Shown piece by piece: positions 49,340-61,735 of a DNA stretch of 64,000 bases. Under the pieces are notes generated by a model. It was not told the origin of the DNA. It did not search any database and saw nothing but the letters and a program-made list of their open reading frames with translations. Origin of the DNA: Mustelus asterias (taxonomy: Eukaryota); the NCBI RefSeq assembly GCF_964213995.1, contig NW_027590274.1:1-64000 (forward strand), written 5' to 3'. Both the position numbers and the translations under genes were made by a program. Position 1 is the first letter of the stretch. Each line of letters starts with the position of its first letter.

Positions 49340-49910
49340 TAGAGTCATAGAGGTTGAGAGCATGGACACAAGCATTTCGGCCCAACTTGTCCATGCCGTC
49401 CTTTTTATTAACCACTAAGCTTATCCCAATTTCCCGCGTTTGGCCCATAACCCTCTGTACGCATCCTACCCATGTAACTGTCTAAACCCTTTTTAAAAGA
49501 CAAAATTGTACCCTCCTCTACCACTACCTCTGGCAGCCTGTTCCAGACACTTGCCACACTCTGTGTGAAACAATATCCCCTCTGAACCATTTTGTATCTC
49601 TCCACTCTCATCTTAAACCTATGCCCTCTCGTTTTAGACTCCTCTACCATTGGGAAAATATATTGACTATCGAGCTGATCTATGCACCTCATTATTTTAT
49701 AGACAGCGATAAGATCCCCCCAAGCCTCCTACGCTCCGGAGAAAAATTCCCAGTCTATCCAGCCCCTTCCTACAACTCAAACCAACAAGGCCTCGTCGCA
49801 TTCCAGTAAAACTTTTCTGCACTCTTTCTAGTTTAATAATATCCGTTCTATAATAGGGTGACCAGAACTGTACACAGCATTCCAAGTGTAGCCTCACCGA
49901 TGTCTTCAAA
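49340..49910 (-). mobile_element. CR1 LINE 3' fragment
   Basis: LECCVQFWSPYY and TRGHRFK motifs. Confidence 0.85.
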
Positions 49911-50138
49911 ATCTTCAAATCCAAGATGGAAAGAGGGATTAGGTTGAGGGGGGAGGATTGTAATATTTGGAACATGTGGCCCTTTATAGTGCAACAAATC
50001 ACTCAACATATCACCTATGTGAAGGTAACAGGCTAAACAGGTAACAGGCTATGTGAAGGTAACAGGCTAAAAAAATAATGAGGCTCACTGGACAGAGTCA
50101 AGTGGTAAATGACTTTCCAGTACGGTGTAAGTGTGCAA

Positions 50139-50450
50139 GGGCGGCAAAGTGTCATATTGGTTAGCCCTGCTGCCTCACAACGCCAGGGACCCGGGTTCAA
50201 TTCCGTCCTCAGGTCACTGTCTGTGTGGAGTTTGCAGTTTCTCTCCTTGTCTGTGTGGATTTCCTCCGGGTACTCTCGTATCCTCCAGCAGTCCGAACAT
50301 GTGCAGGTGAGGTTGATTGGCCATGCTGAATTAACCCTTGTGTCAGGGGTATTAGTGGGGTTAATATGAAGGCCTGGGTAGGATTGAGGTCACTCCAGAC
50401 TCGATGGGCCCAATGGTCTCATTCTGCACTGTAGATTCTTTGTCTATGAA
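50139..50450 (+). mobile_element. HE1-like SINE
   Basis: Head gggcggc...ggttagccctgctgcctcac. Confidence 0.8.
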
Positions 50451-50854
50451 TAATTAATCTGGATCTAAAGTTTCTATACCGTCACATTAGATATTCTAAA
50501 TTATCTTTAACTTTAGATACAGGTACTTTCAGTTATACAGTCACTTTAAAAATGGTTACACACTCCAGTTATATATCAGGGGTTTATGTGTGATGATGAG
50601 GTGATTACGTGTCAATAAAGCGCAGAGGCTGCTGGGTAGCTGCTCATTATCCTCGGTCTGATTTAATTCAGCTTCCCGCTGAATTCTGGGACAGATTTGA
50701 TTCTTTGGTGACAGAAAGGCCAACGTGACCTCAATAAATTTGAATCTCAATAAACTACAATAAATAAACTGCAATTATATTTGTACCAAATAAAATGCTG
50801 AAAATAATTTGTGAAATATTTATTTATTTTTGTGATTTGGAGATTATTAGTAAT

Positions 50855-51590
50855 ATGAGCGCCAGGCAATGACCATCTCCAAAAAGAGAGAATCTACCCA
50901 TTGCTCCTTGTCACTCAATGATATTACGATACTGAATCACCCACTATAAGCATCGTCGGGGTTACCATTGGCTAATCACTGAATTAACTAGATATATAAA
51001 TGCTCCAGCTGGAATATCAGGTCAGCTTGCTGTGAGTAATTCACATCCTGACTCCCCAAATCTGTCCACCACCTATAAAACAACAACTCACGAGTGTAAT
51101 AGGGTTCTCTCCACTTGCTTGAATGAGTGCAGCTCAAACAACATCCAAGAAGCTTTATAGCATTCAGGAAAACGCAGGCGGCTTGACTGGCATAGCATTT
51201 GCAAATGCTCACTCCCTCCACCACCGACAAACAACAGCAGCATTATACACCATCTACAAGTTTCACTTCAGGAACTCACCAAGACTCCTTAGGCAACACC
51301 TTCCAACCACAGGACTGTTACCATTTGGAAGAACAGGGGTAAGAGTTACCTGGGAATATCACCTGTAAATTCCACTCCAAGTCAGTCATATAACTGACTT
51401 AGAAAAATATCGCCTTTCTTTCACTGTTGCTCGATTGAAATCCTGGAACACCCTCTGTAACAGCACTGTGTGAGTACATACACCACAGGCTTCGCAGCAA
51501 TTCACCAAGTTAGCTCACCACCAGCTTACTAAGGGCAATTAGGGATAGGCAACAAATGTTGACCGAGCCAGCAACGATCACATCCCTTAA
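50855..51590 (+). mobile_element. Decayed non-LTR retrotransposon 3' portion
   Basis: SAAQTTSKKL...HSLHHRQ...LYTIYK; tail gggcaattagggataggcaacaaatg. Confidence 0.6.
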
Positions 51591-52834
51591 ATTAAAACGT
51601 AAATATATTAATGTTTATGAATGGTTGATAACTGGTGAACAAAAGTATGCAACTTTGTGAATGGATGGCAATTGGTGAAAATAAATACCAACTTTATGAA
51701 CATTTATGACCTTCTCTTTCTTAATGGAAGATAGGATGCGCTCCACAGGAGATGCATGATTCAAAAGCACAACACTACCAGGAAACAAAGCCGCCAGAGG
51801 ACACTGCAACAACTACAGATAAATATACATCATTGCCAGTGACACATCTGAAAACATTCATCTGTTTGAAGATCCGGATTATCATGAAGCACAATGTTGT
51901 GTTTTTAATGGAAGATTGACTCTGGAAAATATCTGCTTTATATGCCCTATGTACTTATCTTTACCTTCGTCAATCTCATCAAGACATTCAACACCGGTAG
52001 CAGAGCAGGGACTACCATATTTGGGAAAAAGTCGCTCTCCATCAAAACTCCTCAGTCTCATTCATGACACAGAAAACGACAACATTAAACCACAATTGGT
52101 AGTTTCATGGGCAGCACTTGTAACAGAGCCAACCTCTCAAAAATTGTCCTTCTCAGTCATCAACAAAGGTGACATTTGAAAAAGAAAGCATTCTGAAATT
52201 GATGTGTTTACTCTGCGTCTATTTTTTTATTTTAAATGGAAGGACGCCGGTTATCATTGTGAAATTGATTTGTAAACAATATGACGTTTTTCAGACAACG
52301 CACACACTCACACACACAGACACACACACACACATTTTCCTTCAACTTAAGACTCCATCTTTGCTTCCTGGGGGGCTTAAGAGACAATTACCCCAACTAT
52401 CTTTCAGATGGAATGAAGAACAAATACATTTTCCCCAGCACCATGTTTGCTGAACTGAACATTAAAGGTCCCATTGTCTCCAACAGCGCCCTGGCCAGCA
52501 TTCCTCCTTCTAACCAAAATGAACAAATATACATTACCATGGATTGAGGCATTATGCTCTGATGCTGACCTGGCATCATAGGAACAGAGGAGCAGAAGTT
52601 CCCCTCCAAGCCACTCACCATCCTGACTTGGAAATATGTCGCCGTTCCTTCACAATCGCTGAGTCAAAATCCTTAAATTTCCTCCCTAACGGCATTGTGG
52701 GTCTACTCACAGAACCTGTACTGCAGCGATTCAAGAAGGCAACTCACCATAACCTGCTCAAGGGCAAGTAGGTATGGGGAATAAATGTTGACCAGCCAGC
52801 GACGCCCATGTCCCAAGCATGAATAAAAAAAGCA

Positions 52835-53650
52835 GACGCATGCCATTCAGCTTCTCGAACTCGCCCCCCATTCATAAGATCATCGCTGATCTGTGTCCAA
52901 ACCCTATGTACCTGCCCTTGGCCCATATCCCTTGATACCCCTGTTCAATAAAAAAAACGATCTCAGACATAAATCTAACAATTGAACCAGCACCCACTGG
53001 CCTTTGCGGAAGAGAGTTCCAAAAGTCCACCACTCTCTGTGTGTAGAAATACTTTCTATCAACTCTCCTGAACGGCTTGGCCCTGTTTTTTTTAAATTAT
53101 GGCCCTTTATTCTAGAGCCTTCAACTTATTGATCCGCCCGATCCTTCCCGTAAATATTTTGTAGATTTTTGTCAGAACACCCCTCAACCTTCTGAATTCG
53201 AGAGGAAAAGTCCCAATTTGTCTAATTTCTCCTCGCAACTTAACCCCTAAAGGCCAGGTCTAATTCTTGTGAACCTGCGTTCAACTCCCTCCAGGACCAA
53301 AATCTTTGCAAAGGTGTGCTGCCCAAACCTGTGCACAGTACTCCAGGTGGGCTCTAACCAGGATTTTGCATAATTGCAGCATAACATCTGCATCGCTATA
53401 CTCCAGTCCTGTAGATACAAAGGCCAGAATTCTGTTGACCTGCTTGACTATTTTCTGCATCAGTTCGTGTCATTTTAAGAAGCTATTCACTTGAACACCC
53501 AAATCTCGCTGGGCATCCACTAAATTTTACTTTGTGCCTTTTAAAAACTACCTTGATCTATCATTTGGATTATTTGACTTTTTGTGGCATTATCTAAGCC
53601 GTTATGAATATTGTAAATAATTGAGACCTCAAGACAGATTCCTGCGGGAC
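52835..53650 (-). mobile_element. Decayed CR1 LINE 3' fragment
   Basis: Reverse-strand LEYCAQVW-like motif at about 53330. Confidence 0.65.
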
Positions 53651-54249
53651 ACAACTTAACCTGTATTATTCAGCAACGTACATCTAATCTATAATTCGTT
53701 GCACCTTAAATTTGGGGAGTTTCCGCAGAAGGGGATATGGTATTACATTTATGAATGTGAATTATTTGTACATTACTCTCATAAATCATACCTGACAGCG
53801 ATATATTTACAGTAACTGTAATTGCAGAATTTTGCCAGCAGATGGAAGTGGCACCTTGATGGTTTACATTACATGAAGAAGGCACTGCCTCAATAAATAC
53901 TACACTGGACCCTAACTTTGCAGTTCTGCCACATGCAGTCCTGAATGGTGATGGACATTTAAACAAGTAACTGCAGCAGGAGCCTCAAACGAAAGCCCCA
54001 TTTTTAATGATGGGGGAGCTCTGCAAAAGGTAAAAGAAACAAGACTGAAACAATTGCTGCCATCTTCAGCCAGAAGATGTTCCATCTCGGCCTCTCCCTG
54101 ATGCCCCGAACATCACAGATGCCAGTCTCCAAGGAGGTCAACTCATTCAAGATGATAACATGGAGGATAGGAATAGGAGTAGACCATTCAGCCCCTGGAG
54201 CCCGCTCCGCCATGCAATATGATCATGATTGATCTGTGGCCTAACCCTG

Positions 54250-55790
54250 TGCTGAAAGCATTGGATACTGCAAAGATTATGGATCCTGACAATATTTCAG
54301 CAATAATAATAACGATTTGTGCTCTGGAGCTAGCTGAGCCTCAGCCAATCTCTTGAAGTATAGCTACATCACGGTCACATACACAACAGTGTGAAAATTG
54401 GCAGACGTGACCTGTTTTAGAAGGTAGGACAAACCCAACCCGAACAACTACCGCCCAATGCGTCCTCACTCGATCAAAGTAATGGGAACTATGAAGGATC
54501 ATCTAAAAAACTAATAATAATATAATGATAGCAATGCTGCTACAACTACAAATACTAGAACTCTGTTCAATGATGCTCTGTTTGGGTCCCAATCGGAGCA
54601 CTCAGTTCCAGAAATCACTTAAGCTTAGTCCAAATCTAGTGGAAATAGCTGCTTTAATGAGGTGAGGTGAGAGTGCCGGCCCTCGACATCAACGCAGCAC
54701 TTGACCGATTGTGGCATCAAGAAGCCCGAGCAAAGCTGCAGTCAATGGGGATCCGGGGAAAAAAACATTCCACTGGCTTCAGTCATACCGAGCACAGAGT
54801 AAGATGGTTGTGGCAGTTGAAAGCCAATCATCTCAGTCACAGGGCATTTGCTGAAGGAACTCCTCAGGATAGTGCCCTCGGCCTAATATTCACGCTTCAA
54901 TACAAGCTCAGAAGTGGGATGTTCACTGATGATTGCACGATGTTCAGCACATTTACAACTTCTCAGATACTGAAGCTATCCGTGTCCGTGAGCAGAAAGA
55001 CTTAGAAAACATTCAGGTTTTGGCTGTGAAGTGGCATGTGAAATTCGCGCCACCCAAGTGACAGGCAATGCCCTTTCAAGTAAGGGAGATTGCAATCATC
55101 TCCGCTTGCCATTAATGGAATGACTACAGCCGAAACCCCACTATCATCATTCTGGGAATTGCCATTGATGGAAAATTGAACTGGGACAGCCATGTAAATA
55201 ATATTGCTACAAAAGCAGGTCAGATGCTGGGAATTGTGCGCTAAGTAACTCACCTCCAGATTTCCCAAACCTATCCATCATATAAAGGCAAAAGTCAGGA
55301 TTGTGATTGAATATTCTCCACTTGCCTGGCGTATGGTCCTGAACCAACCCCCAAAAAGCTCGAAACCACCCAGTAAAAAGCAGGCGGCTGGATGGACATC
55401 CCACCAACCACTTTAAACATTCACTCTCTGCATCACAGATGTACAACTCTAGCCGTGTGACCCATATACAACTTGTATAGGAGCAACATAATCCTTTGGT
55501 AGCAACTTCCAAACACATTAACTCTGACACTTAAAATGACAAGGGCAGCAGATGCATGAGAACACAATCATCTGCAAATGCCCATAAAACCTCCACACCG
55601 TCTTGACTGGGATCTATATCACTATTTTTTCAGTGTCAATGGATGAAAATCTTGCAACTCCCTTCCTATCAGCACTGTATGTGTACTTACTCATATGGAA
55701 TGCAATGATTTAAGAAGAGGGCTCACTAGCACATTCTCAAAGGAAAAATTATAAGTGGCAACAAATCCTACTTTACCAATGACACCAAAA
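54250..55790 (+). mobile_element. Decayed non-LTR retrotransposon RT region
   Basis: ALDINAALDRLWH...GTPQDSALG...MFTDDCT, corresponding to RT domains. Confidence 0.7.
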
Positions 55791-56011
55791 CCTCATGAAA
55801 TGATTTTGAACATGTCATATCTCTGATTACGTTCAACTGGCCCCCACGTCTGTTTGTATTGCAACAGGCCATGTCCCAATCACATTACAGCATGTCCTGT
55901 CTCTGTTGTTTCTCTACTCGGCTCATTATCAGTTGTTCATAAGTGAAGCCAAGGCCTGTTTTACCGATGGTTTCTGAATTATGACTGTGTTGAAATATGT
56001 TTCAGTTAATC

Positions 56012-56305
56012 AGGGCGGCACGGTGGCACAGTGCCAGGGACCCGGGTTCAATTCCCAACTTGGGTGACTGTCTGTGTGGAGTCGGCACGTTATCCTTGTG
56101 TCTGCGTGGGTTTCCTCCGGGTGCTCCGGTTCCCACTCACCGTCCGAAAGAGGTGCTGGTTTGGTGCATTTTGGCCATGCTAAATTCTCCCTCAGTGTAC
56201 TCAGACAGGCGCCGGAGTGTGACCACTCGGGGTTCTTCACAGTAACTTCATTGCAGTGTGAATGTAAGCCTACTTATGACACTAATAAATAAGCTTTAAA
56301 TCTTT
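56012..56305 (+). mobile_element. tRNA-derived SINE
   Basis: Head gggcggcacggtggcacagtg and tail gtaagcctacttatgacactaataaataa. Confidence 0.85.
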
Positions 56306-59300
56306 AATCTGGGAAGAGACTGTGTCTCAATTCCGACTGCATCAGAACCTTTATCTGTGACTCCTATACTGGAGCAACATCCTTCTTGCGTTACAAAAGT
56401 TTCGGTCACTGTCATTACTCTAATGGTTCGTTCGATCTAATAAACTCGACACTGTTTTAGTTAATGCTGCACAAGTGCATGTATTTGTTTATTCAACACT
56501 GTGCCCTGCCTCTGTTATTATTGCATCATGTGATCCTTCTAATTTGCTGCATTGTCCATATCTCAGTGTATGCCAGTCTCGATCACATATTCATAATTAT
56601 TACCAATGCACTATCCTTTTTCTGAGTTCATATCAGTCTAAATATCGTATCTCCAATCATTAACAATACACTAAATTCTGTCTCAGTTTTTATCAGTCGA
56701 GGTACTTCTTCAGTAATGATCATTAACACACTGGACTCTGTCTCAGTTTATGTCAGTCCAGAATCTGTATCAGTAATTACTGCTAATGCGCTAAGCTCTA
56801 CCTCAGTTAATATCGGTTCAGGCCTGTATCAGTAATTGACACTATATGTCTCAGTTTATATCGCGCAAGTTCCTGCATTCGGTTAAATTGCACCAGACAC
56901 CATCTCAGTTTTTCTTGTATTCGTTGATGTCATTCATATTTTTAAAATATTTATTTCATGGGATGTGGGTGTCTCTGGTAAGGCCAGTATTTCGCCTTAA
57001 CTTCCCACAAGGCACGACCTCATTTCTATTTCACTGCATCAGGCCTCTGTTTATATTAAAATAGATCCTGTCTCTGTTAATACTCCGCTTGACCAGAGCT
57101 TAGTTTATGATGCACTAGACCCAATCCCTGTTTATATGACATTTGATCCTGACTCTGTCTATAATTCGCGAGACCAGGTCACTGTTATTACTGCACTATA
57201 GTATTCCTCTGTCTGAACTATGGCTCCATGAACATTACTCAACGGTTCTGTGAGGTAGAGAGATAATATAATGCATAAATATGCTGGGCTATAAACATCT
57301 GTATTCAGCAGGATCTTGAAACGGAAAATATTGGATCGACAGTGTATGCTGCGCAGGGTTTGATATCTATTTTCAATGCATCAGTAGAATGAGCTTTCAA
57401 ATATCACTTCTTCTTTTCCAGTTCCCAAGACTTGTCTCCATCCGTCAGAGTTGTACCTGTAGGAGGATGCAGAGAATCGTGTTCCCATAGCCACTTTTCA
57501 TATTATTGTGCAATGTCTAGTGCAGTAATAACTGAGTCCGTGCCCAATATAAAATGAACATGGACATGGTCAAGTGCATCCAGTTTAGTACAGAGACAGG
57601 TCTACATTAATAAAAGCAGAGTCATTGTCGATCTCAATATGAACAGAGATATGGTGATGTGTAATATAAACAGAGACAGCATCTAGTTTATTATAAACAG
57701 AAAGTACGTCTAGTGTAATGTGAACGGAGACAAAATCTTCTTTAATATAAACCGAAACAGGGATTAGTTAATTTAACATCAGCAGAGACAGGTCACAGAT
57801 GAGTGCAATATAGAGACAGGGCCTAGAGTCCCATCAAACATTCCAAGGTCAGGTGTAGCATGTGTTTAGGCACCGAATGTAAAGCTCCCTCCACAGTGCA
57901 ACATTAAACACTCCCAAGCAGGTGTAGCACGGGATAGATAAAAAGTGAAACTCCATCCACACTATCTCAATCAAGCATTTCCAGCAAATGAAGACTGTTT
58001 AGAAACAGTAAAAACCTCTCTACACTGTCCATTGAAACAATTGGACGCTGGGACAGAAAGGGTTAGATACAGGGAATGATCAAGATACATATTGGAGAAA
58101 AGCTCCCTCTATAGATTGAATTAAATCCATTTAGTTAGTGGCCTGAAAATAGACCTGAGAGAATACATTTGCTGGAGTTTGACTTGATGTTGTTGAGTAA
58201 AGACAATGACCCATCGTGGAGAGACAAAACAAGACACAGAATCAGAGAGGAGAAAGACAAAGAGAGATAAAGCACATTAAATCGCCATGTCCTTATATTT
58301 TGTGATTAGAGGGAATCTTTCCTAATTTTGAACATTGATAATCATAGCTTGTTTTGTGCAGAAAACGGGTGAAAAAATATGCCCAAAAAACAATCACAAC
58401 TGGAATCCAATGATTGATTTGCATGTTTGTCTCTATTTCTGTGCTGTGTTGATGGGGAAATATTTGTTGCGTTTTTGTCAATCAATAAATCTAATCTGGG
58501 ATTTCTATTTCTGTGTTTATTTCCATAAACACCTCACTGGTTACAATGAGATGTTCATGGCAGCAAAACCAGATAAACCGTCATTTATTCATTAGTTTCA
58601 ATTCAAAATAGCGGTTTCTTTTAAGTATATTGACAGCAGGTTCAAAATCAATAGAAACTTCGTGAATACCCATTTGACCAGACGCTATTTAATTCAAATA
58701 AAAAAATACCCTCTAATCAAGAATTTGTTCTGAAAGTTCTGATGTCAGGATAAATAAAACATGTCTGAAAAGACTGGTATTCCACTGAATGTCAATTTGA
58801 TTGATGATTTAATCTACTAAAACTAGACACTAAACTAAAACATCAGACAGAGGAGTGACGATAATCGCATTAATCTCAGAGCTTTTAACATATCAATTCT
58901 TGCATTTTATAATATTAACATTTGGAAAGGCCTTGCATTTTCATAACGCTTTACCTGACGTTAGGTCGTCCCAAACCATTTACAACTCACTGATATATTT
59001 TCGCTGAAGTTATTCACTGCTGTAATGTTGGACATACAACAAGTATTTGGTGCACAACAAGCTCCCACAAAGCGAGATGTGATAAATGAACAGTAATTTT
59101 GTGATTTTAGTTGAAGAATGAGTGGCCAGGATACTGGGCAGAACAGTCCTGTTATATCGAATTTTATCAATGAGATTTTACATTCTGTCATCGGCCTGAA
59201 ATGAGAATCTGTTTCACCCACTGCTAATGCCCACTGACCTGCCTTTTTTGTTGTATTACTTTTAGATTTCCGGAATTCGCAGTAGTTTGCACTGTTCTAT

Positions 59301-59539
59301 TCATTCTCTGGATATGGGCATCACTGACAAAGTCAGCATTAATTGCCCATACTGAGAAGGCGGTTGTGAACTACCTTTTTGTAATAATTGCCCTCTGGTC
59401 GGTTTTATTTATGTTTGACTTTCTGCAGCAACTTTGAAACACCTGAATGGCTGTTTTGTCAATTTCAGCGGCACGTAAGGGTCAGCTTCATCACTGTGGA
59501 ACTGGAGTCACATGTAGGACAGACAGGCTAAACATAGCT

Positions 59540-59860
59540 TTTTTTATTGATTCGTGGGACTTGCACATTATTGGCTGGCCAGCATTTGTTGCCCATCTCC
59601 AGTTGCCCTTGGAGGGCAGTTGAGAGTCAACCACATTGCTGTGACTCTGGAGTCACATGTAGGTCAAGCAAGGTAAGAACGGCAGATTCCGTTCCCTAAA
59701 GGGACATTAGTAAACAAGATGGGTTTTTACAACTATCAACAATGGTCTCATAGTCATCAATAGATTCTTAATTCCAGATAGTTTTTATTGATTTCAAGTT
59801 CCACCATCTGCCCTGGCGGGATTTGAACTCAGGTCCTCAGAACATTGACTGAACATTAGT
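59540..59860 (-). mobile_element. Deu-domain SINE (SacSINE1-like)
   Basis: Reverse complement of the 44785-45125 family. Confidence 0.7.
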
Positions 59861-60239
59861 TACATAGAAATTAGGAGCCGGAGGAGGCCAGTCGAGCCTG
59901 ATCCACCAGTCTTCATGATCATTGATTAATTTCCTATTTCAAGGCCACATTAATGGATTCTGCTCACACCCCCGATACCATTAAAATCTAATCACAAATC
60001 AATTTATTTCTTGAATCTATTCAGTGGCATGACATCCAAAGCCTTCAGTGCTCGAGCACTCCGTATGTTCACTAGTCTCTGAAGTGAAGAAATATTTCCT
60101 CATTTCTGTCCTAACTTGGCTACCCTATGTCTTGAGACTGCATCCCTGGTTTGATACTACCTAACCAGCGAAAACGTCCTTCCTTCATCTCGCCTGCCCA
60201 GCCCTGTTAGAATTCGTTTAATTATTCATAAGTTCATTG

Positions 60240-60530
60240 ATTATCAATGTCACAAGTAGACATACACTGCAATGAAGTTACTGTGAAAAGGCCCTATGGC
60301 CACACTCCAGCGCCTGTTCAGGTACGCTGAGGGAAAATTTAGCATGGCTAATGCACCGAATCAGCACGTCTTTCGGACTGTGGGAGGAAAAGGGAGCACC
60401 CGAAGGAAACCCACGCAGATAATGGGAGAATGTGCAGTCTCTGCACAGACAGTGACCCAAGTTGGCAATCGACCCCAGGTCCCTGGCATTGTGAGGCAGC
60501 CGTGCTAGCCACTGTTCCACTGCATCGCCC
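60240..60530 (-). mobile_element. tRNA-derived SINE
   Basis: Same family as 56012. Confidence 0.8.
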
Positions 60531-60619
60531 TCATTTTTTATGCTTTGAATGTTGCAATCACAATTTTACGTATTTCAATCAGATCTCCTCTCATCCTTCT
60601 AAACTCGAATGAATATATG

Positions 60620-60745
60620 AGGTGGAGATGCTTGCGTTGCACTAGGGTGTGCACAGTAAGAAGTCTCGCAACGCCAGGTTAAAGTCCAACATGTTTATTT
60701 GGAATCACGAGCTTTCCGAGCGCTGCTCCTTCATCAGGTCAGTCA
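60620..60745 (-). mobile_element. Penelope-like terminal fragment with a hammerhead-like motif
   Basis: The minus strand reads CTGATGA-A-GGAGC-AGC-GCTCG-GAAA-GCTC-GTGA. Same family as 12628 and 14015. Confidence 0.7.
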
Positions 60746-61255
60746 AGTGAATACAGGCCCAGTCGAAGCAATTTCGCCGTATAGGACAGTCCCACCAATC
60801 CGTGTATCAGCTGCACTCGCCAGAGACCCTTTCTTAGGTCGGGAGATCAAATCTATACGCATTACTCCAGATGTGGTCTGATGAAGACCAGGCATTACTG
60901 CAGTAAGACTTCACTAATTCCGAACTCAAATCTTCTTGCAACGAAGGCCTTCCCAATTGCTTGCTGTACATACCTCTACGATTTCATTGTTTGGTGTAAA
61001 AGGATACCCAGATCAATTTGTACATCACACTTCCAAATATATATTGTTTTGTGCTTTACACACGCATATAACTGTACATTTAGCCACGTTGTATTGCATC
61101 TGGCACATGTTCACCCATTCACACAACTTGTCCAGATCACATTGAAGACCCTTGCATCCTCCTCTCAGCTCACAAGTCACGCATCTTCCTCATAGCTCAC
61201 AGTTATGTATCGCCAGCCGCTTAGGACATTTTACATTTGATTTCCTTATCCAAAT

Positions 61256-61525
61256 CACACGGTGGCACAGCGTCGGGGACCGGGTTCGATTCCCAGCTTG
61301 GGGCATTTTCTGTACGGAGTCTGCACGTTCTCCCCGTGCTTATGTGGATTTCTTCTGCGTGCTCCGGTTTCCTCCAACATCCGAAGGACGTGCAGCTCAG
61401 GGACATTGGCCATGCTAACCTCTCCCTCAGTGTACCCGAACAGGCGCTGGAGTGTGGTGACTCGTGGTTTTTCGCAGTAACTTCATTGCAGTGTTACCGT
61501 AAGCCTACATGTGACTAATAAATAA
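61256..61525 (+). mobile_element. tRNA-derived SINE nested in a decayed CR1
   Basis: Head cacggtggcacag...gggttcgattccc and tail gtaagcctacatgtgactaataaa. Confidence 0.8.
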
Positions 61526-61735
61526 TATAAGTTGGGATCCTGAAGTACCCCACCAGTCGCTGACTGCCACTCGGAAAAAGACCCATGTATTTCCATTCTC
61601 TGTTTCTTATCTGTCAACGAATTCTACACAAATGTCAATACATTATTCCCGCTCCCACGTGCTTTAATTTGACCTACTAATATTTTACGAGGAACCGTCT
61701 CAAATGTCTTCTGAAAGTGCAAATGCACCACGTAC

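Larger units (their letters stand above)
44500..59535. repeat. Copy 2 of the tandem segmental duplication, expanded by extra LINE/SINE insertions
   Basis: Collinear with 33410-43520. Confidence 0.85.
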
